Below, piece by piece: positions 62,504 through 64,000 of a stretch of DNA of 64,000 bases; within the stretch, counting starts at the first letter, position 1; each line of letters opens with the position of its first letter. Source of the DNA: an uncultured Bifidobacteriaceae bacterium (GTDB lineage: Bacteria > Bacteroidota > Bacteroidia > Chitinophagales > UBA10324); assembly GCA_964640655.1 (NCBI GenBank), contig CAZXFT010000007.1:42753-106752 (forward strand). Direction: 5' to 3'. Under the pieces are notes generated by a model that saw only the letters and a list, made by a program, of their open reading frames with translations, was not told the origin of the DNA and did not search any database. The position numbers and the translations under genes are program-made.

Positions 62504-64000
62504 ATGGCATCCACACCCAAACCTAAAAAGCAAAAAAGCGCAAACACTGTTTCAGCAGTTCGTAATGCATTTCCCCGGCAGGCAGAAATCATTTCTATAA
62601 TCTTCTTTATGCTGTCGATCATCGGATTGTTGAATCACGAGCCCTGGCGCGATGAATTACAGGCATACCTGCTTGGTCGAGAAAGCCACTCCATCAGCGA
62701 TCTTATAAACAATATCAAATATGAAGGCCATCCCCCTTTTTGGCACATCATCATGTTTATTCAATCACACATCGTGGATAGTTTACTAGTGATGCAAATT
62801 CTGCATACACTTATTGCTACGGCAACAGTTTATATCATCAATAAATACTTTTATATCGAATACCGTTTTAAAATATTACTCTCTTTCAGCTACTTCTTCT
62901 TTTACGAATATAATCTTGTAGTACGCAGTTACGGATTAGGCATCATGCTTTTCTTTACCTGCATTGCACTTTACACTCAACTTATTGCTAAGTCAAAAAA
63001 TGAACATTTAAAACTGTGGCCTTATTTGCTGATAGGTGTACTTTTCATTTTGTTGAGCAACACCAGCGTCATGGGTCTTGTAATGTCAGCATCGTTTATG
63101 GCATTGTTATTCGGAGATTATATTATAGCCTATCAGCAAAAATTATTATCACATGTCAGAATTCGTGGAGGCGCCTTATTGCTTTTGTTTTTTATTATAG
63201 CATGTGGCATAGGCATTTACTTCATTAAAAGTGAACCCGATAATTCATATCCGGTTACTTACAATAAAGAATTTTCTTTTAGTGCTGTAAAATTTGCTGT
63301 ATCAAAAATTTTTACCAATTATTTCACACTACTACCTACTGATAGCCATATCTATTGGAATAAACACATACTTGATCAAAAAGAACTGAGTACAGCATTC
63401 TTTTTGGGACTGATAACGCTGCTATTATTTTCCCTTTATTTTTTAAAGAACTCCAGAGTAGCCTTGTTTTATTTGAGTGGTACCATAGCAACGCTTGCAT
63501 TTATTTTCTTCACCAACATGCGACCCTTTCGTTACTCAGGTCATTTGTTTGTATTTATGATTGCGGCATATGCATTAGCTGAATTTTATAAAGACGAAAA
63601 ACAATTATTTCGCTTCAACTTACCCCAATTCATCTTGCCGATGACACGCATTTCATTTATCGTAGTATTAGTGTGTAGTTTTTACTCTGCAAGCGTTGCT
63701 TACTACAAAGATCTAAAATATCCTTTTTCGAATTTTACAAAAGCCGGTGAATATATACTGCAAAACAATTTAGATCGATTTGCCATTATGGGTAGCAGCG
63801 ATTTTATCATATCTCCAATTACGTACTACACTCACAAGCCTATACATCTTCCTGAATCTAAACGCGACCAACTATTTATGATTTGGGACGGAGCCCGTAG
63901 AAATCAAATTGATTTTAACGACATCATTGCGGAATTGAATAGTCAGGTTAAGATACACGACACTGTAGTGCTCATATTAAGTACACCACTCACCTATATT
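62504..64000 (+). CDS. polytopic membrane protein, possibly a GT-C-type glycosyltransferase (3' end outside the window); not in the supplied ORF track
   Basis: Hand translation from the ATG at 62504 gives 499 codons with no stop up to the window edge (MASTPKPKKQKSANT..EPWRDELQAYLLGRES..). There are at least 10 hydrophobic helices, then a soluble-looking C-terminal part. The function guess rests on topology only. Confidence 0.65.
   Translation, partial: MASTPKPKKQKSANTVSAVRNAFPRQAEIISIIFFMLSIIGLLNHEPWRDELQAYLLGRESHSISDLINNIKYEGHPPFWHIIMFIQSHIVDSLLVMQILHTLIATATVYIINKYFYIEYRFKILLSFSYFFFYEYNLVVRSYGLGIMLFFTCIALYTQLIAKSKNEHLKLWPYLLIGVLFILLSNTSVMGLVMSASFMALLFGDYIIAYQQKLLSHVRIRGGALLLLFFIIACGIGIYFIKSEPDNSYPVTYNKEFSFSAVKFAVSKIFTNYFTLLPTDSHIYWNKHILDQKELSTAFFLGLITLLLFSLYFLKNSRVALFYLSGTIATLAFIFFTNMRPFRYSGHLFVFMIAAYALAEFYKDEKQLFRFNLPQFILPMTRISFIVVLVCSFYSASVAYYKDLKYPFSNFTKAGEYILQNNLDRFAIMGSSDFIISPITYYTHKPIHLPESKRDQLFMIWDGARRNQIDFNDIIAELNSQVKIHDTVVLILSTPLTYI

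Overview
This is a 64-kb chromosomal segment that looks Bacteroidota-like. Support for that: a SusD/RagB gene, TonB-dependent-receptor-like and PorV/PorQ-like outer-membrane genes, a T9SS-type C-terminal domain, and TAnnTTTG -7 boxes at a consistent distance from start codons. Most of the window is tightly packed housekeeping. It includes bioA-aroA-aroB, phoH, uppP-truB-ribF, purL, gyrB, metG, murB, two tRNA-Arg genes, the full sufBCDSE-sufT operon, greA, rsmA, pepA and pdxA, with many 1-14 nt gene overlaps. Accessory content includes two sensor kinases behind a secreted MORN/zinc-finger protein. It also includes a thioester alpha-2-macroglobulin-like gene placed divergently to an ECF sigma/anti-sigma pair. 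A third accessory block is an 8.7-kb outer-membrane operon (TBDR-like barrel, 1275-aa surface protein, PorV/PorQ-like barrel). The most unusual object is the only large gene-free gap (22466-23707). About 0.9 kb of it carries a strict 21-bp periodicity with a TTGAAC core: 26 forward units, then an exact mirror flip at 23253/23254 into at least 12-16 reverse (GTTCAA) units. The array is bracketed by a perfect 16-bp direct repeat, CATACATATATATATG. Next to it are an acyltransferase gene and a rhodanese gene remnant with an in-frame TAA. One long ORF that is absent from the ORF track (62504 to the window end) is also reported. All functional calls come from reading the translations for motifs; no database search was possible.
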